Below are positions 1-11,021 of a DNA stretch of 64,000 nt, one piece after another; position 1 is the stretch's first letter; each line of letters opens with the position of its first letter. Source of the stretch: Escherichia coli (GTDB lineage: Bacteria > Pseudomonadota > Gammaproteobacteria > Enterobacterales > Enterobacteriaceae). The notes beneath the pieces are model-generated. The model made no database searches. It was not told where the DNA came from and was given only the letters and a program-made list of their open reading frames with translations. The DNA is taken from NCBI RefSeq assembly GCF_003334785.1, contig NZ_QOWV01000001.1. One strand, written 5' to 3'. The translations under genes and the position numbers were made by a program.

Positions 1-1025
1 AATTCCGCCTCACCACGTTGCGGATGGGCGAGCGGGGTTTCCATAAACGTTTTCAGACTGTCAGCTGCGCCAACAGCCTGGGCTTTAGCATGATAAAACG
101 TACCGAGATCGCGTAATGGCTGGAAAAACTCTGGCGCAAGGATCAGGGCCAGAAAACCCGCAGCCAGCGTCACACCGGTATCGTAGTGACCAAAATCCAG
201 CTCGCCGAGATAGGAAAAACCAAAGTAGACCGCCACCAGAGCAATTGACAGCGAGGTAAAAAATTCGAGAATGCCGGAGGATAAAAACGCCAGCCGTAGC
301 ACTTCCATTGTCCGTTGGCGGAAATCTTCCGAAGCAGAACGAATACTTTCAATTTCAGCTTCACCACGACCAAAAATACGCAATGTTTCCATGCCGCGCA
401 GGCGATCGAGGAAATGCCCACTTAAGCGAGCAAGAGCGAGAAAGTTACGTCGGTTAGCATCGGCAGCCCCCATTCCAACCAGCGCCATAAACAACGGAAT
501 TAACGGTGCAGTGCCCAGCAGAATGAGCGCCGCAGCCCAGTTAGAGGGGAAGATTGCCACCACAATCAGCAACGGCACCGACACTGCCAGCGCCATTTGC
601 GGCAGATAGCGTGCATAGTAATCATGCATATCGTCAATTTGCTCGAGTACCAGCGTCGCCCAGCTCCCCGCAGGTTTACCCTGAATCCACGCTGGCCCTG
701 CTTGTTGCAGACGGTCGAGAACCTGACGGCGGATGGCAAAGCGGATATGCTGCCCGGCGTGATAACCCACCCGTTCGCGTAACCAGACCACCCATGCGCG
801 CAGTACAAAGGTCAGAACCAGTAACGTAAAGGGAAGCAGCAGGGCTTCACGGGGAATATTCTCCATAATCATATGTTGCAGAATTCGCGCCATGAACCAG
901 GCCTGGGCAATGATCAATATGCCGCTCACAAAGCCCAGCAGACGAGAAATATTCAGCCAACGTTGGGAGATGACGCTTTGCTGTTTTAACCAGCGGGTTA
1001 ACTCTTTTTGACGAGATTTATTCAT
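1..1025 (-). CDS. cydD: CydD, glutathione/cysteine ABC exporter subunit (5' part of gene only; 3' end lies beyond window start)
   Basis: Minus-strand reading frame runs off the window edge; ATG at 1025 gives MNKSRQKELTRWLKQQSVISQRWLNISRLLGFVSG..., the membrane-spanning N-terminal half of CydD. Not in ORF track because it has no stop inside the window. Confidence 0.85.
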   Translation of the reverse strand, partial: MNKSRQKELTRWLKQQSVISQRWLNISRLLGFVSGILIIAQAWFMARILQHMIMENIPREALLLPFTLLVLTFVLRAWVVWLRERVGYHAGQHIRFAIRRQVLDRLQQAGPAWIQGKPAGSWATLVLEQIDDMHDYYARYLPQMALAVSVPLLIVVAIFPSNWAAALILLGTAPLIPLFMALVGMGAADANRRNFLALARLSGHFLDRLRGMETLRIFGRGEAEIESIRSASEDFRQRTMEVLRLAFLSSGILEFFTSLSIALVAVYFGFSYLGELDFGHYDTGVTLAAGFLALILAPEFFQPLRDLGTFYHAKAQAVGAADSLKTFMETPLAHPQRGEAE

Positions 1026-1089
1026 TGCACGCTTAGCAGGTGAGTTATCAGAATTATTTGCAGAGCAATGTTACAACGGGGAAAAAATA

Positions 1090-1120
1090 AAGGCGACCCA
1101 TAGTCGCATGGTGTCGCCTT
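1090..1120 (-). terminator. Intrinsic terminator downstream of trxB
   Basis: Inverted repeat ggcgacccat / atgg-t-gtcgcc (about 10 bp stem, one bulge); on the minus strand it is followed by a T-run (plus-strand A-run 1082-1089). Sits 28 bp past the trxB stop. Confidence 0.6.
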
Positions 1121-1147
1121 CTTTACTTTTGTTACTGATTTGTAAAA

Positions 1148-2230
<1,083 letters not shown>

Positions 2231-2657
2231 TCAAATTCTCCCGTCATTATCACCTCTGCTACTTAAATTTCCCGCTTTATAAGCCGATTAAATGATGAAT
2301 AAACGCCCCTGTTAATGAATATCTGGCATGTTGTACTAAAAATCGATGTTTTGCTTTGACAATCCCCTGGTGTTTTGCGAAAACATTCGAGGAAGAAAAA
2401 AAACAGTATTCTTATATGCGCATAACCATGCATGTAAATACCATGTTTACCGTGCTAGTGAAATCTACGTATGGCGTGGACAGACGCCATTCGTGATGTC
2501 GATAGCTGCCACAAGGCAACGGTCTTCTCACCGTAGACCCAGGCATTGCGCGCCGTGAATCTTCATGATTTCGGTCTATCGTGACGGGTAGCGACTCTGA
2601 ACAGTGATGTTTCAGGGTCAGACAGGAGTAGGGAAGGAATACAGAGAGACAATAATA

Positions 2658-3152
2658 ATGGTAGATAGCAAGAAGCGCCCTGGCAAAGATCTCGACCGTA
2701 TCGATCGTAACATTCTTAATGAGTTGCAAAAGGATGGGCGTATTTCTAACGTCGAGCTTTCTAAACGTGTGGGACTTTCCCCAACGCCGTGCCTTGAGCG
2801 TGTGCGTCGGCTGGAAAGACAAGGGTTTATTCAGGGCTATACGGCGCTGCTTAACCCCCATTATCTGGATGCATCACTTCTGGTATTCGTTGAGATTACT
2901 CTGAATCGTGGCGCACCGGATGTGTTTGAACAATTCAATACCGCTGTACAAAAACTTGAAGAAATTCAGGAGTGTCATTTAGTATCCGGTGATTTCGACT
3001 ACCTGTTGAAAACACGCGTGCCGGATATGTCAGCCTACCGTAAGTTGCTGGGGGAAACCCTGCTGCGTCTGCCTGGCGTCAATGACACACGGACATACGT
3101 TGTTATGGAAGAAGTCAAGCAGAGTAATCGTCTGGTTATTAAGACGCGCTAA
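2658..3152 (+). CDS. lrp: Leucine-responsive regulatory protein (AsnC/Lrp family)
   Basis: Track ORF 2604..3152 trimmed to ATG 2658 (MVDSKKRPGKDLDRIDRNILNELQKDGRISNVELSKRVGLSPTPCLERV...), 164 aa with N-terminal HTH. Divergent from trxB across a 544-bp intergenic region. Confidence 0.95.
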   Translation: MVDSKKRPGKDLDRIDRNILNELQKDGRISNVELSKRVGLSPTPCLERVRRLERQGFIQGYTALLNPHYLDASLLVFVEITLNRGAPDVFEQFNTAVQKLEEIQECHLVSGDFDYLLKTRVPDMSAYRKLLGETLLRLPGVNDTRTYVVMEEVKQSNRLVIKTR

Positions 3153-3192
3153 CACGGAACAGGTGCAAAATCGGCGTATTTTGATTACACTC

Positions 3193-3208
3193 CTGTTAAT
3201 CCATACAG
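3193..3208 (+). promoter_or_regulatory. LexA (SOS) box candidate upstream of ftsK
   Basis: CTGT-taatccat-ACAG matches the CTGT-N8-ACAG LexA consensus, 79 bp upstream of the ftsK start. ftsK is known to have an SOS-inducible (dinH) promoter. Confidence 0.6.
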
Positions 3209-3286
3209 CAACAGTACTGGGGTAACCTGGTACTGTTGTCCGTTTTAGCATCGGGCAGGAAAAGCCTGTAACCTGGAGAGCCTTTC

Positions 3287-6200
3287 TTGAGCCAGGAATA
3301 CACTGAAGACAAAGAAGTCACATTGACAAAGTTAAGTAGCGGCCGCCGCCTTCTGGAGGCGTTGCTGATCCTTATTGTCCTGTTTGCCGTCTGGTTGATG
3401 GCTGCCTTACTAAGCTTTAACCCTTCGGACCCCAGCTGGTCGCAAACGGCCTGGCATGAACCTATCCATAATTTAGGTGGGATGCCCGGTGCGTGGTTGG
3501 CAGATACGCTGTTCTTTATTTTTGGCGTGATGGCTTACACCATTCCCGTCATTATTGTCGGCGGTTGTTGGTTTGCCTGGCGTCATCAGTCCAGCGACGA
3601 ATACATTGATTATTTTGCCGTTTCGCTACGCATCATTGGCGTTTTGGCGCTCATCCTTACCTCCTGTGGTCTGGCGGCAATCAACGCTGACGATATCTGG
3701 TATTTTGCCTCCGGTGGCGTCATTGGCAGCTTACTAAGCACTACGCTACAACCACTGCTACACAGTAGCGGGGGAACTATTGCGCTGCTCTGCGTTTGGG
3801 CAGCGGGCCTGACGTTGTTCACCGGTTGGTCATGGGTGACCATTGCTGAAAAACTCGGCGGCTGGATTTTAAACATTCTCACCTTCGCCAGTAATCGTAC
3901 CCGTCGCGATGATACCTGGGTCGATGAAGATGAGTATGAAGACGACGAAGAGTATGAAGATGAAAATCACGGCAAACAGCATGAATCACGCCGTGCCCGT
4001 ATTCTTCGCGGCGCGCTAGCGCGTCGTAAACGGTTGGCGGAAAAATTCATTAATCCGATGGGGCGGCAAACAGACGCTGCGTTGTTCTCCGGTAAGCGGA
4101 TGGATGATGACGAAGAGATTACCTACACTGCACGCGGTGTGGCTGCCGACCCGGACGACGTCCTATTTTCGGGCAATCGTGCAACGCAGCCAGAATATGA
4201 CGAATACGATCCATTATTAAACGGTGCGCCAATTACCGAACCTGTCGCTGTAGCAGCTGCTGCTACCACGGCGACACAAAGCTGGGCTGCGCCGGTTGAA
4301 CCTGTGACTCAGACGCCGCCTGTTGCCTCTGTTGATGTTCCACCTGCGCAACCTACAGTAGCCTGGCAGCCTGTACCGGGTCCACAAACGGGAGAGCCGG
4401 TTATTGCTCCTGCACCGGAAGGTTACCCACAGCAGTCACAATATGCGCAGCCTGCAGTGCAATATAATGAGCCGCTGCAACAACCAGTACAGCCGCAGCA
4501 GCCGTATTATGCACCTGCAGCTGAACAACCTGCGCAACAGCCGTATTATGCCCCTGCGCCAGAACAACCGGTGGCAGGTAACGCCTGGCAAGCCGAAGAG
4601 CAGCAATCCACTTTTGCTCCACAGTCTACATACCAGACTGAGCAAACTTATCAGCAGCCAGCCGCTCAGGAGCCGTTGTACCAACAGCCGCAACCCGTTG
4701 AACAGCAGCCTGTTGTGGAGCCTGAACCCGTTGTAGAAGAGACAAAACCCGCGCGTCCGCCGCTTTACTACTTTGAAGAAGTTGAAGAGAAGCGAGCCCG
4801 TGAACGTGAACAACTTGCGGCCTGGTATCAACCGATTCCAGAACCGGTTAAAGAACCAGAACCGATCAAATCTTCGCTGAAAGCACCTTCTGTTGCAGCA
4901 GTACCTCCAGTAGAAGCCGCTGCCGCTGTTTCCCCGCTGGCATCTGGCGTGAAAAAAGCGACACTGGCGACGGGGGCTGCCGCAACCGTTGCCGCGCCAG
5001 TCTTCAGTCTGGCAAATAGCGGTGGACCGCGTCCTCAGGTCAAAGAGGGGATTGGTCCGCAGTTGCCACGACCGAAACGTATCCGCGTGCCAACTCGTCG
5101 TGAACTGGCGTCTTACGGTATTAAGCTGCCCTCACAGCGTGCGGCGGAAGAAAAAGCCCGTGAAGCCCAGCGCAATCAGTACGATTCTGGCGATCAGTAC
5201 AACGATGATGAAATCGATGCGATGCAGCAGGATGAACTGGCACGTCAGTTCGCCCAGACACAGCAGCAACGCTATGGCGAACAGTATCAACATGATGTGC
5301 CCGTAAACGCAGAAGATGCAGATGCTGCGGCAGAGGCTGAACTGGCTCGTCAGTTTGCGCAAACTCAACAACAACGTTATTCCGGCGAACAACCGGCTGG
5401 GGCGAATCCGTTCTCGCTGGATGATTTTGAATTTTCGCCAATGAAAGCGTTGCTGGATGATGGTCCACACGAACCGTTGTTTACGCCAATTGTTGAACCT
5501 GTACAGCAGCCGCAACAACCGGTTGCACCGCAGCAGCAATATCAGCAGCCGCAACAACCAGTTCCGCCGCAGCCGCAGTATCAGCAGCCACAACAGCCGG
5601 TTGCGCCGCAGCCACAATATCAGCAGCCGCAACAACCGGTTGCGCCACAGCAGCAATATCAGCAGCCGCAACAACCGGTTGCGCCGCAGCAGCAGTATCA
5701 GCAGCCACAACAGCCAGTTGCGCCACAACCGCAGGATACCCTGCTTCATCCGCTGTTGATGCGTAATGGCGACAGCCGTCCGTTGCATAAACCGACGACG
5801 CCGCTGCCTTCTCTGGATTTGCTGACACCGCCGCCGAGCGAAGTGGAGCCGGTAGATACCTTTGCGCTTGAACAAATGGCTCGCCTGGTGGAAGCGCGTC
5901 TGGCTGATTTCCGTATTAAAGCCGATGTCGTCAATTACTCTCCGGGGCCGGTTATCACTCGCTTTGAATTGAACCTGGCACCGGGCGTAAAAGCGGCGCG
6001 CATTTCTAACTTGTCACGGGACCTTGCCCGTTCACTTTCGACGGTGGCGGTGCGTGTCGTTGAAGTTATTCCTGGCAAACCCTATGTAGGTCTGGAGTTA
6101 CCGAATAAAAAACGACAAACCGTTTATCTGCGCGAAGTTTTGGATAACGCCAAATTCCGCGATAATCCGTCGCCATTAACCGTGGTGCTGGGTAAAGATA

Positions 6201-7276
6201 TCGCCGGTGAGCCGGTGGTTGCCGATCTGGCGAAAATGCCGCACTTGTTGGTTGCGGGGACTACCGGTTCCGGTAAATCTGTCGGTGTGAACGCGATGAT
6301 CCTGAGCATGCTTTATAAAGCACAGCCAGAAGATGTGCGTTTCATCATGATCGACCCGAAAATGCTGGAGCTTTCGGTTTATGAAGGCATTCCGCATCTG
6401 TTAACGGAAGTCGTTACTGATATGAAAGATGCCGCCAACGCGCTGCGCTGGTGTGTTAACGAGATGGAGCGTCGGTATAAACTGATGTCTGCGCTGGGTG
6501 TGCGTAATCTGGCGGGTTATAACGAAAAAATTGCTGAAGCCGATCGCATGATGCGTCCGATTCCAGACCCGTACTGGAAGCCGGGTGACAGTATGGATGC
6601 CCAGCATCCGGTGCTGAAAAAAGAACCATACATTGTGGTGTTGGTTGACGAATTTGCCGACCTGATGATGACGGTAGGTAAAAAAGTGGAAGAGCTGATA
6701 GCACGTCTGGCGCAAAAAGCCCGTGCCGCGGGTATCCACCTCGTACTGGCAACTCAGCGTCCATCGGTTGATGTTATTACTGGTCTGATTAAAGCGAATA
6801 TTCCGACCCGTATCGCCTTTACCGTATCCAGTAAGATTGACTCACGTACCATTCTTGATCAGGCTGGCGCGGAATCACTGCTGGGTATGGGGGATATGCT
6901 CTACTCTGGGCCGAACTCCACGTTGCCGGTACGTGTCCATGGTGCTTTTGTTCGCGATCAGGAAGTTCATGCCGTGGTGCAGGACTGGAAAGCGCGTGGT
7001 CGCCCACAGTATGTTGATGGCATCACCTCCGACAGCGAAAGCGAAGGTGGTGCGGGTGGTTTCGATGGCGCTGAAGAACTGGATCCGTTGTTCGATCAGG
7101 CGGTGCAGTTTGTCACTGAAAAACGCAAAGCGTCAATTTCTGGCGTACAGCGTCAGTTCCGCATTGGTTATAACCGTGCAGCGCGTATTATCGAACAGAT
7201 GGAAGCGCAGGGGATTGTCAGCGAACAGGGGCACAACGGTAATCGTGAAGTGCTGGCCCCACCGCCGTTTGACTAA
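3287..7276 (+). CDS. ftsK: DNA translocase FtsK
   Basis: 1329-aa ORF with TTG start as in track. N-terminal TM segments, long P/Q-rich linker, C-terminal motor with Walker A GTTGSGKS, then gamma domain. Confidence 0.96.
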   Translation: MSQEYTEDKEVTLTKLSSGRRLLEALLILIVLFAVWLMAALLSFNPSDPSWSQTAWHEPIHNLGGMPGAWLADTLFFIFGVMAYTIPVIIVGGCWFAWRHQSSDEYIDYFAVSLRIIGVLALILTSCGLAAINADDIWYFASGGVIGSLLSTTLQPLLHSSGGTIALLCVWAAGLTLFTGWSWVTIAEKLGGWILNILTFASNRTRRDDTWVDEDEYEDDEEYEDENHGKQHESRRARILRGALARRKRLAEKFINPMGRQTDAALFSGKRMDDDEEITYTARGVAADPDDVLFSGNRATQPEYDEYDPLLNGAPITEPVAVAAAATTATQSWAAPVEPVTQTPPVASVDVPPAQPTVAWQPVPGPQTGEPVIAPAPEGYPQQSQYAQPAVQYNEPLQQPVQPQQPYYAPAAEQPAQQPYYAPAPEQPVAGNAWQAEEQQSTFAPQSTYQTEQTYQQPAAQEPLYQQPQPVEQQPVVEPEPVVEETKPARPPLYYFEEVEEKRAREREQLAAWYQPIPEPVKEPEPIKSSLKAPSVAAVPPVEAAAAVSPLASGVKKATLATGAAATVAAPVFSLANSGGPRPQVKEGIGPQLPRPKRIRVPTRRELASYGIKLPSQRAAEEKAREAQRNQYDSGDQYNDDEIDAMQQDELARQFAQTQQQRYGEQYQHDVPVNAEDADAAAEAELARQFAQTQQQRYSGEQPAGANPFSLDDFEFSPMKALLDDGPHEPLFTPIVEPVQQPQQPVAPQQQYQQPQQPVPPQPQYQQPQQPVAPQPQYQQPQQPVAPQQQYQQPQQPVAPQQQYQQPQQPVAPQPQDTLLHPLLMRNGDSRPLHKPTTPLPSLDLLTPPPSEVEPVDTFALEQMARLVEARLADFRIKADVVNYSPGPVITRFELNLAPGVKAARISNLSRDLARSLSTVAVRVVEVIPGKPYVGLELPNKKRQTVYLREVLDNAKFRDNPSPLTVVLGKDIAGEPVVADLAKMPHLLVAGTTGSGKSVGVNAMILSMLYKAQPEDVRFIMIDPKMLELSVYEGIPHLLTEVVTDMKDAANALRWCVNEMERRYKLMSALGVRNLAGYNEKIAEADRMMRPIPDPYWKPGDSMDAQHPVLKKEPYIVVLVDEFADLMMTVGKKVEELIARLAQKARAAGIHLVLATQRPSVDVITGLIKANIPTRIAFTVSSKIDSRTILDQAGAESLLGMGDMLYSGPNSTLPVRVHGAFVRDQEVHAVVQDWKARGRPQYVDGITSDSESEGGAGGFDGAEELDPLFDQAVQFVTEKRKASISGVQRQFRIGYNRAARIIEQMEAQGIVSEQGHNGNREVLAPPPFD
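4496..4573 (+). repeat. Two imperfect 39-bp tandem copies inside ftsK linker (QQPYYAPA-x-EQP)
   Basis: Direct repeat cagccgtattatgc(a/c)cctgc...gaacaacc(t/g) read from sequence, in frame within ftsK. Confidence 0.6.
5234..5380 (+). repeat. Duplicated 42-bp motif ([14 protein letters not shown]) inside ftsK linker, copies at 5234-5275 and 5339-5380
   Basis: Two 14-aa identical peptide motifs encoded with synonymous differences (gaactggcacgtcagttcgcccagacacagcagcaacgctat vs gaactggctcgtcagtttgcgcaaactcaacaacaacgttat). Confidence 0.7.
5504..5734 (+). repeat. Six tandem 39-bp coding repeats in ftsK linker ([10 protein letters not shown](Q/P)QY)
   Basis: cagcagccgcaacaaccggttgcgccgcagcagcaatat unit repeated 6 times with minor variation. 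Explains the low-complexity antisense track ORFs 5132..5875 and 5481..5828. Confidence 0.85.
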
Positions 7277-7290
7277 CTAATGCATCGTAT

Positions 7291-7322
7291 GCCGGATAAG
7301 GCGCGGTAGCGTCGCATCCGGC
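7291..7322. repeat. REP (repetitive extragenic palindromic) element
   Basis: gccggataaggcg-cggtag-cgtcgcatccggc is the reverse-complement form of the E. coli REP consensus, 15 bp after the ftsK stop. Confidence 0.8.
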
Positions 7323-7434
7323 ACTCTATCAACTGAAAATTCAGTATTTTCTTCTTTCCTCAAGCTGATTATTAGCCTGGAATAGAGAGTAGAGGGAACT
7401 CCCGATCGGGAGTGACGTAATTTGAGGAATAATG

Positions 7435-8046
7435 ATGAAAAAAATTGCCATCACCTGTGCATTACTCTCAAGCTTAGTAGCAAGCAGCGTTTGGGCTGAT
7501 GCCGCAAGCGATCTGAAAAGCCGCCTGGATAAAGTCAGCAGCTTCCACGCCAGCTTCACACAAAAAGTGACTGACGGTAGCGGCGCGGCGGTGCAGGAAG
7601 GTCAGGGCGATCTGTGGGTGAAACGTCCAAACTTATTCAACTGGCATATGACACAACCTGATGAAAGCATTCTGGTTTCTGACGGTAAAACACTGTGGTT
7701 CTATAACCCGTTCGTTGAGCAAGCTACGGCAACCTGGCTGAAAGATGCCACCGGTAATACGCCGTTTATGCTGATTGCCCGCAACCAGTCCAGCGACTGG
7801 CAGCAGTACAATATCAAACAGAATGGCGATGACTTTGTCCTGACGCCGAAAGCCAGCAATGGCAATCTGAAGCAGTTCACCATTAACGTGGGACGTGATG
7901 GCACAATCCATCAGTTTAGCGCGGTGGAGCAGGACGATCAGCGCAGCAGTTATCAACTGAAATCCCAGCAAAATGGGGCTGTGGATGCAGCGAAATTTAC
8001 CTTCACCCCGCCGCAAGGCGTCACGGTAGATGATCAACGTAAGTAG
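7435..8046 (+). CDS. lolA: Periplasmic lipoprotein chaperone LolA
   Basis: 203 aa from second ATG ([21 protein letters not shown] signal peptide). Track ORF begins one codon earlier at 7432 (MMKK); either start is possible. Confidence 0.93.
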
Positions 8047-8056
8047 AGGCACCTGA

Positions 8057-9400
8057 GTGAGCAATCTGTCGCTCGATTTTTCGGATAATACTTTTCAACC
8101 TCTGGCCGCGCGTATGCGGCCAGAAAATTTAGCACAGTATATCGGCCAGCAACATTTGCTGGCTGCGGGGAAGCCGTTGCCGCGCGCTATCGAAGCCGGG
8201 CATTTACATTCTATGATCCTCTGGGGGCCGCCGGGTACCGGCAAAACAACTCTCGCTGAAGTGATTGCCCGCTATGCGAACGCTGATGTGGAACGTATTT
8301 CTGCCGTCACCTCTGGCGTGAAAGAGATTCGCGAGGCGATCGAGCGCGCCCGGCAAAACCGCAATGCAGGTCGCCGCACTATTCTTTTTGTTGACGAAGT
8401 TCACCGTTTCAACAAAAGCCAGCAGGATGCATTTCTGCCACATATTGAAGACGGCACCATCACTTTTATTGGCGCAACCACTGAAAACCCGTCGTTTGAG
8501 CTTAATTCGGCACTGCTTTCCCGTGCCCGTGTCTATCTGTTGAAATCCCTGAGTACAGAGGATATTGAGCAAGTACTAACTCAGGCGATGGAAGACAAAA
8601 CCCGTGGCTATGGTGGTCAGGATATTGTTCTGCCAGATGAAACACGACGCGCCATTGCTGAACTGGTGAATGGCGACGCGCGCCGGGCGTTAAATACGCT
8701 GGAAATGATGGCGGATATGGCCGAAGTCGATGATAGCGGTAAGCGGGTCCTGAAGCCTGAATTACTGACCGAAATCGCCGGTGAACGTAGCGCCCGCTTT
8801 GATAACAAAGGCGATCGCTTTTACGATCTGATTTCCGCACTGCATAAGTCGGTACGTGGTAGCGCACCCGATGCGGCGCTGTACTGGTATGCGCGAATTA
8901 TTACCGCTGGTGGCGATCCGTTATATGTCGCGCGTCGCTGTCTGGCGATTGCGTCTGAAGACGTCGGTAATGCCGATCCACGGGCGATGCAGGTGGCAAT
9001 TGCGGCCTGGGATTGCTTTACTCGCGTTGGCCCGGCGGAAGGTGAACGCGCCATTGCTCAGGCGATTGTTTACCTGGCCTGCGCGCCAAAAAGCAACGCT
9101 GTCTACACTGCGTTTAAAGCCGCGCTGGCCGATGCTCGCGAACGCCCGGATTATGACGTGCCGGTTCATTTGCGTAATGCGCCGACGAAATTAATGAAGG
9201 AAATGGGCTACGGGCAGGAATATCGTTACGCTCATGATGAAGCAAACGCTTATGCTGCCGGTGAGGTTTACTTCCCGCCGGAAATAGCACAAACACGCTA
9301 TTATTTCCCGACAAACAGGGGCCTTGAAGGCAAGATTGGCGAAAAGCTCGCCTGGCTGGCTGAACAGGATCAAAATAGCCCCATAAAACGCTACCGTTAA
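8057..9400 (+). CDS. rarA: Replication-associated recombination protein A (AAA+ ATPase)
   Basis: 447 aa, GTG start; Walker [10 protein letters not shown], Walker [11 protein letters not shown]. Confidence 0.95.
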
Positions 9401-9469
9401 TGTTATCGTTGCGGTAATGTTGTTACTGTATCCCTGTGGTCGCAGGCTGTGGCCACATCTCCCATTTAA

Positions 9470-10783
<1,314 letters not shown>

Positions 10784-10803
10784 TACCCAATTTTTCTGAA
10801 TCT

Positions 10804-10830
10804 AAAAAGCGCCTGCGGGCGCTTTTTTTG
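10804..10830 (+). terminator. Intrinsic terminator of serS
   Basis: agcgcc-tgcg-ggcgct hairpin followed by TTTTTTT, 21 bp after the serS stop. Confidence 0.85.
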
Positions 10831-10837
10831 TCTCCCT

Positions 10838-10851
10838 TTGATACCGAACAA
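10838..10851 (+). promoter_or_regulatory. FNR box candidate for dmsA promoter
   Basis: TTGAT-accg-AACAA matches FNR consensus TTGAT-N4-ATCAA with one mismatch; dmsABC is an FNR-activated anaerobic operon. About 170 bp upstream of dmsA ATG, implying a long leader. Confidence 0.55.
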
Positions 10852-11021
10852 TAATTACTCCTCACTTACACGTAATACTACTTTCGAGTGAAAATCTACC
10901 TATCTCTTTGATTTTCAAATTATTCGATGTATACAAGCCTATATAGCGAACTGCTATAGAAATAATTACACAATACGGTTTGTTACTGGAATCAATCGTG
11001 AGCAAGCTTGAGTGAGCCATT

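Noticed and set aside
2346-2558. 70-aa plus-strand ORF in the trxB-lrp intergenic region
   Set aside because: Lies in the long lrp leader/promoter region, has no convincing ribosome-binding site by eye, and is low-complexity. Could only be supported by conservation or ribosome profiling, which I cannot run.
5132-5875. 247-aa and 115-aa minus-strand ORFs (also 5481..5828) inside ftsK with LLRLLILLL-type repeats
   Set aside because: Produced by reading the ftsK PQ-repeat array on the opposite strand; periodic low-complexity sequence, not a gene.
10908-10920. TTGATtttcAAAT motif in the dmsA leader
   Set aside because: Right half-site does not match FNR consensus (AAATT versus ATCAA); more likely just AT-rich leader sequence.
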